From the IMG/VR virus record IMGVR_UViG_3300042451_000046, positions 1-34,799 of that record: 34,799 bases of DNA; one strand, given 5' to 3'. Positions within the stretch are counted from its first letter, which is position 1. Each line of letters starts with the position of its first letter. Positions 16,569 through 26,900 of this stretch are shown piece after piece. The notes under the pieces are model-generated. The model was not told where the DNA came from. It saw only the letters and a program-made list of their open reading frames with translations, and searched no databases. The translations under genes were made by a program, and so were the position numbers. This stretch comes from a virus (lineage: Duplodnaviria > Caudoviricetes).

Positions 16569-17513
16569 ATGCCTCAGAAATTTGCGAATAACGCCAGAGC
16601 GCTGCTTACAGCAGGCATCTCAGACTCGGCCACCTCAATTGTCGTTGAGTCCGCTAAAGCCGACCTGTTTCCTGTAGCCAACGCCAACTTGGCGACCATA
16701 CCTACGGCCAGCAACTGGTTTAAGGCCACGCTGCAGGACTCGCTTGGCAACGTCGAAATCGTGTACGTGCGTACTCGCGCCGCCGGCTCTGCCATTATGT
16801 CAAACGTGCTGCGAGGCCAAGAAGACACAACCGCTATTTCTTTCCCAGCTGGCACTGTGATTGGTCTTCGCCTGACAGCGTTGGATATTGAGGTTTCAGC
16901 TGGGCTATCCGAAAGTGCCAACACATGGACGTCTACGCAGACATTCCTGCAGCAGATGGAAGGTACGGCTAGAGACGCTGTTAAGCTGAAAACTGCCAGA
17001 AATATCGGCGGGGTGAGTTTTGATGGTACTGCCAACATCAACCTCCCCGGCGTCAACACTGCAGGTAATCAGAGCACCAGCGGCAATGCCGCCACAGCCA
17101 CGTACGCCACAACTGCTGGCTCTGCCACAACCGCAACCTCGGCGACAACTGCGACCTCGGCGACAACTGCGACTTCTGCAAGCACTGCGACCTACGCAAC
17201 TACAGCGGGCAACGGCGGGGTCACTAGCGTCAACGGCGCTACAGGCGCTGTTAGCGTTGTCAGTGCAACTACAGCAAACGTGCTTAGCGCAACTGCTGGC
17301 GCATCGGCTGGCGTAGTTGGTACATACGGCACTGTGGTGTCTGGAACTAGCCATTCGCCCGGTGCCACCGCATCTGGCAGCACTTTGTTTCCGGGTGGAG
17401 CAGGGACATGGAGGTGTATGGCAGTTGGAAATGGCTTTCAAACATATCAAGCGGGTAGTTGCGGCGCTTATTTTGTTGTCGTATACCCATCTACATTTTT
17501 GAGAATTTCTTGA
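16569..17513 (+). CDS. tail fibre protein
   Basis: N-terminal FANNA anchor, KLKTARNIGGVSFDGTANINLPGVN fibre repeat, ATTATS repeats, C-terminal GTWRCM motif. Confidence 0.85.
   Translation: MPQKFANNARALLTAGISDSATSIVVESAKADLFPVANANLATIPTASNWFKATLQDSLGNVEIVYVRTRAAGSAIMSNVLRGQEDTTAISFPAGTVIGLRLTALDIEVSAGLSESANTWTSTQTFLQQMEGTARDAVKLKTARNIGGVSFDGTANINLPGVNTAGNQSTSGNAATATYATTAGSATTATSATTATSATTATSASTATYATTAGNGGVTSVNGATGAVSVVSATTANVLSATAGASAGVVGTYGTVVSGTSHSPGATASGSTLFPGGAGTWRCMAVGNGFQTYQAGSCGAYFVVVYPSTFLRIS
17089..17207 (+). repeat. degenerate 9/18-bp coding tandem repeat (A-T-T/A-T-S)
   Basis: e.g. ACCTCGGCGACAACTGCG repeated in tandem; encodes ATATYATTAGSATTATSATTATSATTATSASTATYATTA. Confidence 0.85.
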
Positions 17514-17521
17514 GGATCATC

Positions 17522-17773
17522 ATGCAAGCAGAACTGACATCTCTCGAAAACCCAGTGTGGGCTGATGCCGAGCATACAGCCATCAATTGCGAGATCACGA
17601 CCAGCCAGTTTGGCGACGAAGTGTTGCCGTTTACGGCTTCTCCAAATGACGTCGAGCCTCATGGCCGCGCAATTTTTGAGGACATTGTTGCCGGTAAGTA
17701 TGGCCCGATTGCTGAGTACGTTGCACCACCAGAGCCAGTACAGCCAGATGTGACCGGAGCTCAAACATTGTGA
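17522..17773 (+). CDS. tail fibre assembly chaperone (Tfa-like)
   Basis: NPVWADAEHTAINCEI..LPFTASPNDVEPHGRAIF..GKYGPIAEY; GAGG RBS; follows the GTWRCM fibre. Confidence 0.8.
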   Translation: MQAELTSLENPVWADAEHTAINCEITTSQFGDEVLPFTASPNDVEPHGRAIFEDIVAGKYGPIAEYVAPPEPVQPDVTGAQTL

Positions 17774-18048
17774 AAACGGCAGTCCCCCGCTTTGCCGTAA
17801 CGCAAGACGGCACAACGCTGAACGTCTACCATGTAGAAGCGGGCGAGGGGCTACCCAAACACAGTCATGTTTTTTCGCACTTAACCGTGTGTCACGCTGG
17901 CTCCATAAGAGTCAGCAACGAGCGCCGCAGTTTGGTGATGACCAAAAACACGCAACCGGTAAACCTCGTCGCTGATGAGTGGCATGAAATCGAAGCGCTC
18001 GAAGACGGCACAGTGTTTGTGAACGTCTTTGCAGAGGGTAAAAGTTGA
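17770..18048 (+). CDS. cupin-domain protein
   Basis: GEGLPKHSHVFSHLT..GSI and WHEIEALEDGTVFVNVF are cupin metal-binding motifs 1 and 2; GTGA overlap. Confidence 0.85.
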   Translation: MKTAVPRFAVTQDGTTLNVYHVEAGEGLPKHSHVFSHLTVCHAGSIRVSNERRSLVMTKNTQPVNLVADEWHEIEALEDGTVFVNVFAEGKS

Positions 18049-18058
18049 GGTCAACAAT

Positions 18059-20074
18059 ATGACAGCTGTAAACATCAAGGCGTTTCGTGGCCAAGTCCCT
18101 CGCGTAAGCGATCGGCTTCTCCAGCCTAACTACGCTACCCGCGCACTGAACTGCAAGATTACGTCTGGCAAATTGGAACCCCTTGCTGGTCTCAGTCAGG
18201 TGTTTGACGCTGAGGGGCAGATCACCACGATATACCGGTACCGGGCGTTTGTGGATGGGTTGTACGAGAACAACTGGTTGTCTTGGCCTGAAGTAGTTAG
18301 TGTCGTCCCGTCGCCAAACTCCAACGACGTCTATGGCCGTTTCTACTTTGCAAGCGAATCCTTTTCTCCGAGGATGTCCAGCTATGCTCTGGCGATCCAA
18401 AACCTGCCGTACCCAACAGAGTTTCTAGCGCTGGGCATTCGTCAATCTGCATTGGCTCCAAGCAATCCCACAGTCACTGGTGGTGGGAGCCCCCTAGAGA
18501 GCCGGTCGTACGTAGTCACGTTCGTGGATAACTTCGGGCAGGAGTCTCCACCCAGCCCTCCAACGGACTTAGTTTCCGGCAACCACAACGGTACTTGGAC
18601 GATCTCCACACTTCCGGCTAAGCCATCCAACTCGTTTTCGGTTAGTACGGCAGCTACGACATCTCCCGGCATTGTCACGGTCACGCTCACAGTGGGCGAC
18701 TTTTCGCTGGACCAGTACGAGCAGATCACGATCTCCGGTGTCACAGGGATGACGTCGTTGAACGGCACATTCAGAATTGTCAGCGTTAATGCAGCCACAA
18801 GGCAGTTCACTGTTTCGCTTGTTACTGCGCAGACATACTCTAGCGGAGGTACTGTGGCTCGCACGGCCACGTACGATACTGCAAACTACAAGTACCGCAT
18901 TTACCGCACAGTCGGCACATCTGGTGACTTCCTGTTTGTGGGCGAGACAACCACGACCGCCACGTCGTACGTAGACACTGCTGTAGCTGCGGACCTCGGT
19001 GAAGTGCTGCCAACCGCTGACTCGTCAACACCTCCGAAGAACTTGGTCAGCCTAATCAGCTTGCCCAACGGCTGCTTGGCTGGCCTTGCAGGTAACGAGC
19101 TGTGCTTCAGCGACCCCTACATGCCGTACTCTTGGCCAGTGCGTAACCGCTATGCGTTCGCTGGCGTGGGTGTTGCTGCGGTGGTTGCGAGTAACTCTGT
19201 GATTGTGTTGACCGACACCTACCCCGTGCTGTTTACCGGCTCAGACCCCGACACTATGTCGGCCACGACTCTGGAGACCTACGCCCCTTGCGTGTCGGCT
19301 CGCGGAGTTGTTGACATCGGCAGTGAAGCCGTTTACCCGAGTTTTGACGGTCTGTGGGTTGTGTCCCCCGGCGCTGTAAACCGCGTCACCAGCAAGTTGT
19401 TCCGTGAGGAAGAGTGGTCGCAGCTTAACCCCACGTCGTTCGTCGCTGCCTTCCACGACGGCCAGTACTACGCTGCCTACACTGCAGGGTCCACCCGCCG
19501 CGTGCTGGTTCTGAATATGGGCGAGCCTGACAGCATCATCGAGATCGACGAGAGCCCAGATGCTCTGTACCGTAACGACTACGACGGGAAGTTGTACGCC
19601 GCAAAGGGCGAAAAGTTGTACTCGTGGGATTCTTACCCGGGGCGCTCCTATGAGAGTGACTGGACCAGCAGCACCATGCAGCTCCCATCCCCCGTGTGTA
19701 TGGCTGTAGCTCAGGTACACGCTGAGTTCGCTGCCGTTGTGCCCATCGACTACTCCCTGATCGAGGCGAACGAAGCCATAATCGCGCAAGGCCCAGATGC
19801 TGTCGCTGGCCACTTGAACGGGGCCGAGATTCTGACTTACGAGATCAACGGTAGCAGTATCATCGACGTGCAGCCAGACGTCCAAAAGCGAGTTCAGTTT
19901 ACGCTGTACTCGAACGGTGCTCCGGTCTACACAAAAGAGGTTACGTCGTCCAGACCGTTCAGGCTGCCCTCTGGGTATATGACTGAGGTGTACAACGTAG
20001 GTCTCAGCACTTCCATCAAGGTGTACTCCGTTGCAATTGCAACGTCCACCCAAGAACTGGCGCAGGCGTCCTAA
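18059..20074 (+). CDS. tail nozzle/stabilisation protein (beta-propeller) with inserted beta domains
   Basis: ~671 aa; SYVVTFVDNFGQESPPSP, YRIYRT, NELCFSDPYMPYSWP, CVSARGVV; located just before the ejection genes; ATG at 18059 has GAGG RBS. Confidence 0.7.
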   Translation: MTAVNIKAFRGQVPRVSDRLLQPNYATRALNCKITSGKLEPLAGLSQVFDAEGQITTIYRYRAFVDGLYENNWLSWPEVVSVVPSPNSNDVYGRFYFASESFSPRMSSYALAIQNLPYPTEFLALGIRQSALAPSNPTVTGGGSPLESRSYVVTFVDNFGQESPPSPPTDLVSGNHNGTWTISTLPAKPSNSFSVSTAATTSPGIVTVTLTVGDFSLDQYEQITISGVTGMTSLNGTFRIVSVNAATRQFTVSLVTAQTYSSGGTVARTATYDTANYKYRIYRTVGTSGDFLFVGETTTTATSYVDTAVAADLGEVLPTADSSTPPKNLVSLISLPNGCLAGLAGNELCFSDPYMPYSWPVRNRYAFAGVGVAAVVASNSVIVLTDTYPVLFTGSDPDTMSATTLETYAPCVSARGVVDIGSEAVYPSFDGLWVVSPGAVNRVTSKLFREEEWSQLNPTSFVAAFHDGQYYAAYTAGSTRRVLVLNMGEPDSIIEIDESPDALYRNDYDGKLYAAKGEKLYSWDSYPGRSYESDWTSSTMQLPSPVCMAVAQVHAEFAAVVPIDYSLIEANEAIIAQGPDAVAGHLNGAEILTYEINGSSIIDVQPDVQKRVQFTLYSNGAPVYTKEVTSSRPFRLPSGYMTEVYNVGLSTSIKVYSVAIATSTQELAQAS

Positions 20075-20268
20075 TGGCAAAAGCAGCTATCCCAGCCGTC
20101 ATGACCGGCAAAAACGACCTTGACTTGGCTCTGTCGTCCATAAAGCAAAACTTGGACGTAATTACGGGGCAGGCTAGGAACGTAAGCCGAATTCAGCCGC
20201 TACCCGCCACCGCCACACTGGCTGAAGTGATTGCCCAGCTCAACGCCGTTGTGGATAGATTGCAGTAG
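20074..20268 (+). CDS. small hypothetical virion protein
   Basis: 64 aa; TAATG coupling; ATLAEVIAQLNAVVDRLQ coil. Confidence 0.7.
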   Translation: MAKAAIPAVMTGKNDLDLALSSIKQNLDVITGQARNVSRIQPLPATATLAEVIAQLNAVVDRLQ

Positions 20269-20280
20269 ATCGGCCATAAT
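20252..20280 (+). promoter_or_regulatory. possible sigma70-like promoter giving a leaderless transcript
   Basis: TGGATA (20252-20257), 17 nt, CATAAT (20275-20280); ATG 7 nt later with no SD sequence. Confidence 0.45.
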
Positions 20281-20287
20281 ACGCACT

Positions 20288-21166
20288 ATGGAACTTGAAC
20301 TCGTAGAGCAGTCGGCAGTGGACTCCTGCTACCCTGATGGGGTGCCGGAAGGATTCCCCATTGACTTGTTCGAGCCGATCAACGGCCCAGAGCTGGTCAT
20401 CCGCGAGGCTAAGCTGCGCAACAAGATCGACGCCTTGCAGGCGCTTATGCTGCAGCAGCCACAAGCTGACACGCCCGTGCGCAACGTGTTCTCTGGCGGC
20501 GTCTACGCCCGCGAGCTGTTCATCCCCAAGGGGACTTTGCTGGTGGGCAAGTTGCACATGACTGAGCACCTGAATATCTGCATGCAGGGCGACCTCACAT
20601 TCATGACGGCAGACGGACCTAAGCGCATCAAGGCTCCGGCCATGTTTTCGTCCCCCGCTGGCACGAAGAAGTTAGCGTACGCCAACGAAGATTCGATCTG
20701 GATCAATGTGCACCCTGACTTGGGCCTTGAGCCTGACCAGATCATTGATGCCATCACGGTGAACACATTCGCTGAATACGAGAAACTTGTTGCCCACGCC
20801 AGCTTCAAAGACACCATTGCTGCGTTCGGGCTGGCTGAAGATACTGTACGTACCGTGTCCGTCGACGAGTCTACGCTGGACAGAACTCCACTAGACGGCG
20901 TTGAGGTGCGCGAGTCCGCTATTGAAGGGTCAGGCTTGTTTTCCTTGCGCGGGTTCAGCGCAGGTGAGAAAATCTGCGTCGCGCTTGTGGACGGAAAACG
21001 GTCTCTGGCTGGCAGGTATTCCAACCATTCGCCCACGCCCAACTGCAATTTTTCTGTCGTCGATGGTGCACTGTGGCTTGTGGCAGGTCGCGAGATCGAG
21101 CCTGACGAGGAACTTACCACCAATTACGGTGATACATTGACCCTTATCCAAGGGTTGGGGAGCTGA
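20288..21166 (+). CDS. cupin-like domain fused to SET-domain (putative lysine methyltransferase)
   Basis: N-half FSGGVYARELFIPKGTLLVGKLHMTEHL..WINVHP (cupin-like); C-half EVRESAIEGSGLFS, RYSNHSPTPNC and EELTTNYG match SET motifs I, III and IV. Confidence 0.85.
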   Translation: MELELVEQSAVDSCYPDGVPEGFPIDLFEPINGPELVIREAKLRNKIDALQALMLQQPQADTPVRNVFSGGVYARELFIPKGTLLVGKLHMTEHLNICMQGDLTFMTADGPKRIKAPAMFSSPAGTKKLAYANEDSIWINVHPDLGLEPDQIIDAITVNTFAEYEKLVAHASFKDTIAAFGLAEDTVRTVSVDESTLDRTPLDGVEVRESAIEGSGLFSLRGFSAGEKICVALVDGKRSLAGRYSNHSPTPNCNFSVVDGALWLVAGREIEPDEELTTNYGDTLTLIQGLGS

Positions 21167-21168
21167 TT

Positions 21169-22110
21169 ATGAGTGCTGTTGTTGGTGCAATTGCTGTCGG
21201 TGGCGGTCTTGCTATGGGACTTGGCGGAGCTGCGCTTATTGGTGCTGGCGTGGCTGGCGTGGCTGGTGGCTTGATGATGCAAGAGGGGCGCGAAAACGCC
21301 GCTGAAGCTCAGGCTGCACAAGAACGCGCCGCTGCTGGTTTGGCCTCGTCGTCTGACTACGCAGCTAAGTTGTCGTATAACTTGGGTCAAGATCAACTGG
21401 CTTTCGAGAAACAGCAGTACGCTGAGATGAAGCCGTTGGCGGAACGTGTTTCTGCATCACAGGTTGCGGCGCAAGACGAGCAAATGCGGCAGGGTCGTGA
21501 CTACTACAACTACCAGACTAATACGTTCCGCCCGCTTGAGCAGGGTCTGGTTTCACAAGTCCAACAGTTTGACACTGAGGCTTACCGTGAGCAGCTGGCC
21601 TCGCAGGCTGCGGCAGACGTTTCGCGTGCATTCGGTGTGGCGCAGGGCATGACCACTCGTGATCAAGCTCGTCGTGGTGTTGGCCCCGGCTCAGGCAACG
21701 CCTTGGCCATGAACAACCAGAACGCCTTGGCGCTGGCTTCTGCCCGCGCAGGCGCGGCTACAGGTGCACGCAATCAGGCTGAGCAGCTCGGCTACGCCCG
21801 CAAGCTGGATGTCACAGGTCTTGGCCGTGGTCTGGCTGGAGCGTCTACTGCAGCGTACGGTGCAGCAACAACCGCTGGCACCGCTGGCTTGAACTCTGCC
21901 ATGGCACCGGGTGCTCAGTACTCCGCAGGCGCAAACCGCGCAGCTGGCGTTATGACCACTGGCGCAGGACAACAAATTTCTGGGTACAGCTCACTGTACG
22001 GCGGCGCGACAAGCCTTGCCTCCGCTGCAATGCAGGAACAAGCAGGCATGACTGGCTCTCTGCTCGGCATGGCCGGAACTTTGGGCGCTGGCTACCTCGG
22101 CAGAAAATAA
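21169..22110 (+). CDS. DNA ejection/pilot (internal virion) protein
   Basis: Gly/Ala hydrophobic N-terminus, Gln/Ala helical body; first of three size-ascending genes. Confidence 0.7.
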   Translation: MSAVVGAIAVGGGLAMGLGGAALIGAGVAGVAGGLMMQEGRENAAEAQAAQERAAAGLASSSDYAAKLSYNLGQDQLAFEKQQYAEMKPLAERVSASQVAAQDEQMRQGRDYYNYQTNTFRPLEQGLVSQVQQFDTEAYREQLASQAAADVSRAFGVAQGMTTRDQARRGVGPGSGNALAMNNQNALALASARAGAATGARNQAEQLGYARKLDVTGLGRGLAGASTAAYGAATTAGTAGLNSAMAPGAQYSAGANRAAGVMTTGAGQQISGYSSLYGGATSLASAAMQEQAGMTGSLLGMAGTLGAGYLGRK

Positions 22111-22121
22111 GGAGTACTGAT

Positions 22122-23900
22122 ATGGCAAGCGCATTCGCACAGGGCATGGAGTCTGGAACACGACTCGCCAAAAGCTGGTTGGACACGTACAACCAAACCG
22201 AAGAGAAAACACGCAAGCGTCGCGCTGCTGAGGAAATCGCTGCAGCTGGTACCACCAGCCTTGCAGAACTCCCAGAGCAGCCACGTGTGTACACCCCCGA
22301 AGCTCCTGCCGCCCCTGCCGCTCCCGCACTCGGTACTGGCGCGTATGGCACAGAAGATGACTACACGAGCATCCAGCCTCAAGGCTTGGTGCGTCCTCAG
22401 CCTGCCGCCCCTGCAGCGCCACCACCGGGCACTGGGTTTGCTCGTGGATACACACCTGATCAGACTCAGGCCGTGCGCTCTGCGTACGCCACAGGCGGCG
22501 CTCCCGCTGCCGAGCGAGCAGCGACTGCTCAAGGCGTCCCCACACAAGGGCTTACACGCCCGATCCCCATGTCGCAGCAGCTTGCCCGTCAGGCTGACAT
22601 CTACGCACGCAACGGGTTGACAGATCAGGCCGAGCAGTATCGCCTGAAGGCGTACGACGTCAGTCGCCAAGAGGAACAGGATGCACGTGCTCGGGAAGCC
22701 GACGCTCGCACCAAAGCCGATTACGAGCAGAAGCAAAACACCAATAACGCTGCCCAGTGGATGGCCGAGCAGATCAGCTCAGGCCGCACTGCAGACATGA
22801 CTCTGATCGCTGAAGCACAGACAAAGTTCAAGGGCAACTACGACACGCTCTTGTCCACCACTGCCAACGTGCTGGGTATTACCGACAAGATCGCGAAGCA
22901 GAAGACAGACCAACTGGTGAACCAGATCAATGAAGCTGTGCTGGGCGGTGAAGCATCGTTCAACAAGTTGTTGGGGTCGTTTGCTGACCCGAACAAAGAG
23001 GACAACATCACCCCCAAGCTGATGCAAGTCAAGGGCGGCGTGCAGGTCATGTACGGCAACAAGCCCATGAGCCCAGTGTTCACTGGCGCTGACGGCATTT
23101 CTCCTCTGCAACAAGCTGGTGCGTTCTACATCAACACCGCACAGGGCAAACCGTTTGAAACCGCTATCCAGATGCAGAACCTTGCAAAGGGTGCGGCTGC
23201 TATTAAGGCTTCTGAAGCGACTACTAATGCGTCTAATGCTACAGTTGGGTTGCGTAATGCTCAGATCGGGCAAATCAAAGAGGGCAGTAAAAACGCAACC
23301 GAACGTGCAGACATTGTTGATAAATTTGAAGCGCTCACACCGGAAGAGCAAGCTGGTCCAAAAGGTCAAGGTCTCATTAAGCAGTTCAACCTGCTCAACG
23401 TAAAAGCCGGTGGTCAGGTGTCGCTTGGCGCAGCCCCTAAAACCGCTGGCCCTGTCAAAATGGATGATCTCGATAAAGAGAACTTGCGTGCGTACCGCGA
23501 CTGGGAGAAAGACCCACGTAACGCTAAGCTGCCGCAAGGGCAGAAAGACGCTTACGCTGCACGACTTGGGGTCACAGAGTTTATCAATCGCGCTGCTGCT
23601 GGCCCGCAAACTGGTGTGGGCTCGAACCCGTACGCTGCATCACAGCAGGGCGTGGACACTACTCGCGCTCCAACTCCTGCTGCCCCTGCTGCCCCTGCTG
23701 CCGCTCCTGCTCCGATGGCACTGAGCACAGAAAATACGAAGATACTAAACCGTGCCGGAAACACAGGCTACAACGTACAATTGCCAGACGGCACGACACA
23801 AGTGATGTCGATCTCGCAGCTCAACAAGCTGGGTTATCAGTTCCCTAGTGGCACTGGACTTCAGCGAGCATGGTACGAAGATTTGCTGCCACGTCGCTGA
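22122..23900 (+). CDS. internal virion/ejection protein
   Basis: 592 aa Ala/Gln/Pro-rich with helical core; TAAGGAG RBS. Confidence 0.65.
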   Translation: MASAFAQGMESGTRLAKSWLDTYNQTEEKTRKRRAAEEIAAAGTTSLAELPEQPRVYTPEAPAAPAAPALGTGAYGTEDDYTSIQPQGLVRPQPAAPAAPPPGTGFARGYTPDQTQAVRSAYATGGAPAAERAATAQGVPTQGLTRPIPMSQQLARQADIYARNGLTDQAEQYRLKAYDVSRQEEQDARAREADARTKADYEQKQNTNNAAQWMAEQISSGRTADMTLIAEAQTKFKGNYDTLLSTTANVLGITDKIAKQKTDQLVNQINEAVLGGEASFNKLLGSFADPNKEDNITPKLMQVKGGVQVMYGNKPMSPVFTGADGISPLQQAGAFYINTAQGKPFETAIQMQNLAKGAAAIKASEATTNASNATVGLRNAQIGQIKEGSKNATERADIVDKFEALTPEEQAGPKGQGLIKQFNLLNVKAGGQVSLGAAPKTAGPVKMDDLDKENLRAYRDWEKDPRNAKLPQGQKDAYAARLGVTEFINRAAAGPQTGVGSNPYAASQQGVDTTRAPTPAAPAAPAAAPAPMALSTENTKILNRAGNTGYNVQLPDGTTQVMSISQLNKLGYQFPSGTGLQRAWYEDLLPRR

Positions 23901-23913
23901 ACACGGAGTAAAA

Positions 23914-26900
23914 ATGGCTATCTACACCCTCGAAGACCTACGCAACGCTGTACCGCAGGACATGAAAGGGTTGGCGGATGATGCCCTCGTCCGCGACTAC
24001 AGCCAACGTATTGGCAAGTCTTTTGAAGAAACAGCCGACTACCTTGGCCTGAAAGCTCGCGGAACTGCTGCTGAGATGGGGCGTCAAGCCCTCGGTGGCG
24101 CTGTTGTTGATCTGCCGAAGATGGTCGGCCAAGGCCTGCAGTACACAGGTATTGCCCCCGAGTTTGGCCGCGAGATGGCTGCATCTGCTGAGGCGCGTGC
24201 TCCTGAGTATGTCCCCGATATGCGTGGCCGTGGCTTGCTCGGCCAAGCTGGCGTCCTTGGTGCTCGTGGCCTTGCACCTGTTGCTGCTACATTGCCGCTG
24301 GCATTTGTCCCCGGTGGCCAAGTCGCTGCGCCATTGGCGGCTGCTACGCTGTTCGGCACATCGTCAGCACAAGAGACCTACGACAAGCTGATCTCCCAAG
24401 GCGCAACTGAGCAAGATGCCATTGACGCAGCTCGCCGTGTTGGCATGATCCAAGGCCCGCTGGAAGGTGTTGCCACGGCTGTCGGCCTCCGCGCTGCCCG
24501 TCCGCTGGCTACTGCACTGGGCGCTGCCCCCAAGACAACCGCTGGCATTGCCGGTGCGTTGACTGAAACCGCTGTTGCCAAACCGTTCGCCAAAGGAATG
24601 GCCACCAACTTGGTCGTGCAGCCGGGTACCGAAGTGGCCCAAGACGTAGGCAGTTCCTTGGTGGAGCGAGCCTATGGTGCCGCCCCCGAAGACCTTGGCG
24701 AGATGGCCAAGCAGTCCGCTCTGGGTGGCTTTGGCTTGACGCTGCTGCTGTCGCCCTTGGGCCTTGGCGGTGCTGTCTCTCGTTCGCGTAACGCTGAGCG
24801 TCTCACACAGGCTCTGTATGGCGAAGACACTGCACCAGAAGTCCGCGAAGCTGCACGCCTCGAAGTGATGGAAGCTGCACGCCAGCAGGGCGTGCCTGAG
24901 CAAAATACAGAAGAGTGGCTGCAGCGCCAGCTGCGTGAAGAAGCGGCCAACATTGCTACTGTGCAGCAAAAAGAGGAAGAGACGCTTGACGCTCTGACTG
25001 AGACACCGTACTCTGACATTGCTTACGCGCTGCGTGACCCTGAGTTGTCCTCCGTTATGTCTGAGCCCGACAGGGTCAAACTGTTCGGCACTCTGGAGAC
25101 ACTGCAGGCTACCGACACACCCGCTGAGCAGCGCGATGCCTTGCTGACAGATGCAAATGAGACCATTGGCCGCTACGTCGCCGCGCTCCAAGAGCCCGGT
25201 GCAGAGACAGACCTGACACAGCCGTTCGGTCTGCAGCGCCAATCCGCATTGACCACAACTCAACCTGTGCAGGAACTCAACCTCGCAGGTGGGTTGACGC
25301 AAGTCCAGACCAACATCCCTGACGGCTTGGCCGGATACCAAGCCCCAGCTCCCGCAGGGCGCGAGATGCCACGCACGCAGGCTCCTGCACCTGTCGAAGG
25401 TGTCGAAGGCATTGAAGCTGTTCGCCCCGGTGTCTTCCAAGTGGCACAACCCCTGCAGCAAGTCGGCACGTTCGTCGGCCCACGCCCAGCCCCAGCAGCC
25501 CCCGTTACTCCTCTCGGCGCACCAACTGCAGTTGCCGCCGCTTTGCCTGCTGCACAACCTGCAGCAGGCGTTTCTTCTACCGTAACTACCGGAGCACCCA
25601 GTGGCACTCAAGCCCCTCAAGCCGTCAAAGCAAAAACGCAACGAACGAAAGCACCAGCAGCCCCTGCAGCCGCAGCCGTAACTGAGGAAGCCACCAAGCC
25701 GCTGGCCAACGTATCCGAGGCTATCAAGGAAGACAACGAGATTGACCGTGTGCTCAAGGCTATTGAAGCTGAGGAAGACACTGGTGGGGATAAGCTGTTT
25801 GCTGGTGTTACTGGCCAAGCCAAGAAGGCCCCCGGTCGCCCCTCGATGCCCACGCAAGTGTATGCAGCCATCCGCAATGCCATCCTGAACCCTAAAGGCG
25901 CAGTCATGGTGCGCAAGCCCAAGTCGGTCGAAAAGGATGTCGCCCTGACTGAGAAGTACAAGGACAAGGTCAAGCGCATTGCAGCAGCAGCCAAAGCCTT
26001 TGCTGACGCCTACGAGACATACTCAAGCCAGAACCTCGTGCGAAGTGGTGAAACCATCAAACGTGACACAACAGCAGACGCTGTAATGGCTAACCGCGCC
26101 GAAGTACTGCGAGCAAACGCACGCGCCGTGCAATCTACTCTGGCTAAACTCGGTGAAGCTGTTGATGGCAACGCCAAAGATGTCGAAGCCATTGTTCGGT
26201 TCGTGAAGGACCGTGCACAGAAAGAAAAGCGCAGCGACGAAAAAGTTGTCCAGAACGACATATTGTTGTCCCGTGCATGGGCTGCAGCCAAGCGTGAGAC
26301 TTTCATCAGTGAGCCTGACTTGCTCGACGTGAGCCCTGCTGAAGTTCGCCAGTCTCGCGAAGCTACAGCCAAAGGCGCAGCTCCACAGCTTGTGACCGCC
26401 GCAACTGAGGGCTATAAGGTCTTGGGTAAAGGCGAGGCACAAACAGGCCTCAACGGCATCCTGAACTACATCCGCACTGTCGGCACGCCGTTTGAAAAGA
26501 CGCTTGCCCAAGCCATCAAGTTGGCTGTGGCAGGCAAAGCCCCCATCAAGATCAAGTTTGTCAAAGAAGGCACGTCGCAATACGACCCCAAGACAAACAC
26601 CATCACGATCAACGAGACCAGCAGCAAAGAAGTCGCGCTGCACGAAGCCCTGCACGGTGCGCTCCAGTGGTTTGTATATACAAACCCGAACGCCGCCCAA
26701 GTGGTTGCCCTCAAAGCAGCTTTGCAACGTGTGGTGAACTTCGACACAGCCAAGCTGCCACCCAAGGCTGCTGAAGTCCAAGCAGTGCTCAAAAAGATTC
26801 TCGCTGGCAAGAGCAAGACCGCTGAACTCGATGCTGTGCTGGAACTCATCTCCTACGGCAACACGCTCAACGACTTCCGTCGCGCACTGCAAGGTATGGA

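Noticed and set aside
12641-17100. SGNAATAT motif shared by the 12326 and 16569 fibres as a second DNA-level crossover site
   Set aside because: Synonymous positions differ (AGCGGCAACGCGGCAACAGC versus AGCGGCAATGCCGCCACAGC), so protein-level conservation is sufficient
17089-17207. Tandem repeats as a possible CRISPR or regulatory array
   Set aside because: In-frame 9/18-bp coding repeats with no spacers; typical fibre shaft sequence
10282-17513. Diversity-generating retroelement or invertible shufflon acting on the fibre genes
   Set aside because: No reverse transcriptase, no ~100-bp template/variable repeat pair differing at adenines, no invertase and no inverted cassettes in the window; the 28-bp repeats are direct and coding
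23848-23913. Upstream GTG start for the giant protein
   Set aside because: Overlaps the previous gene and lacks an RBS; ATG 23914 has GGAG at suitable spacing
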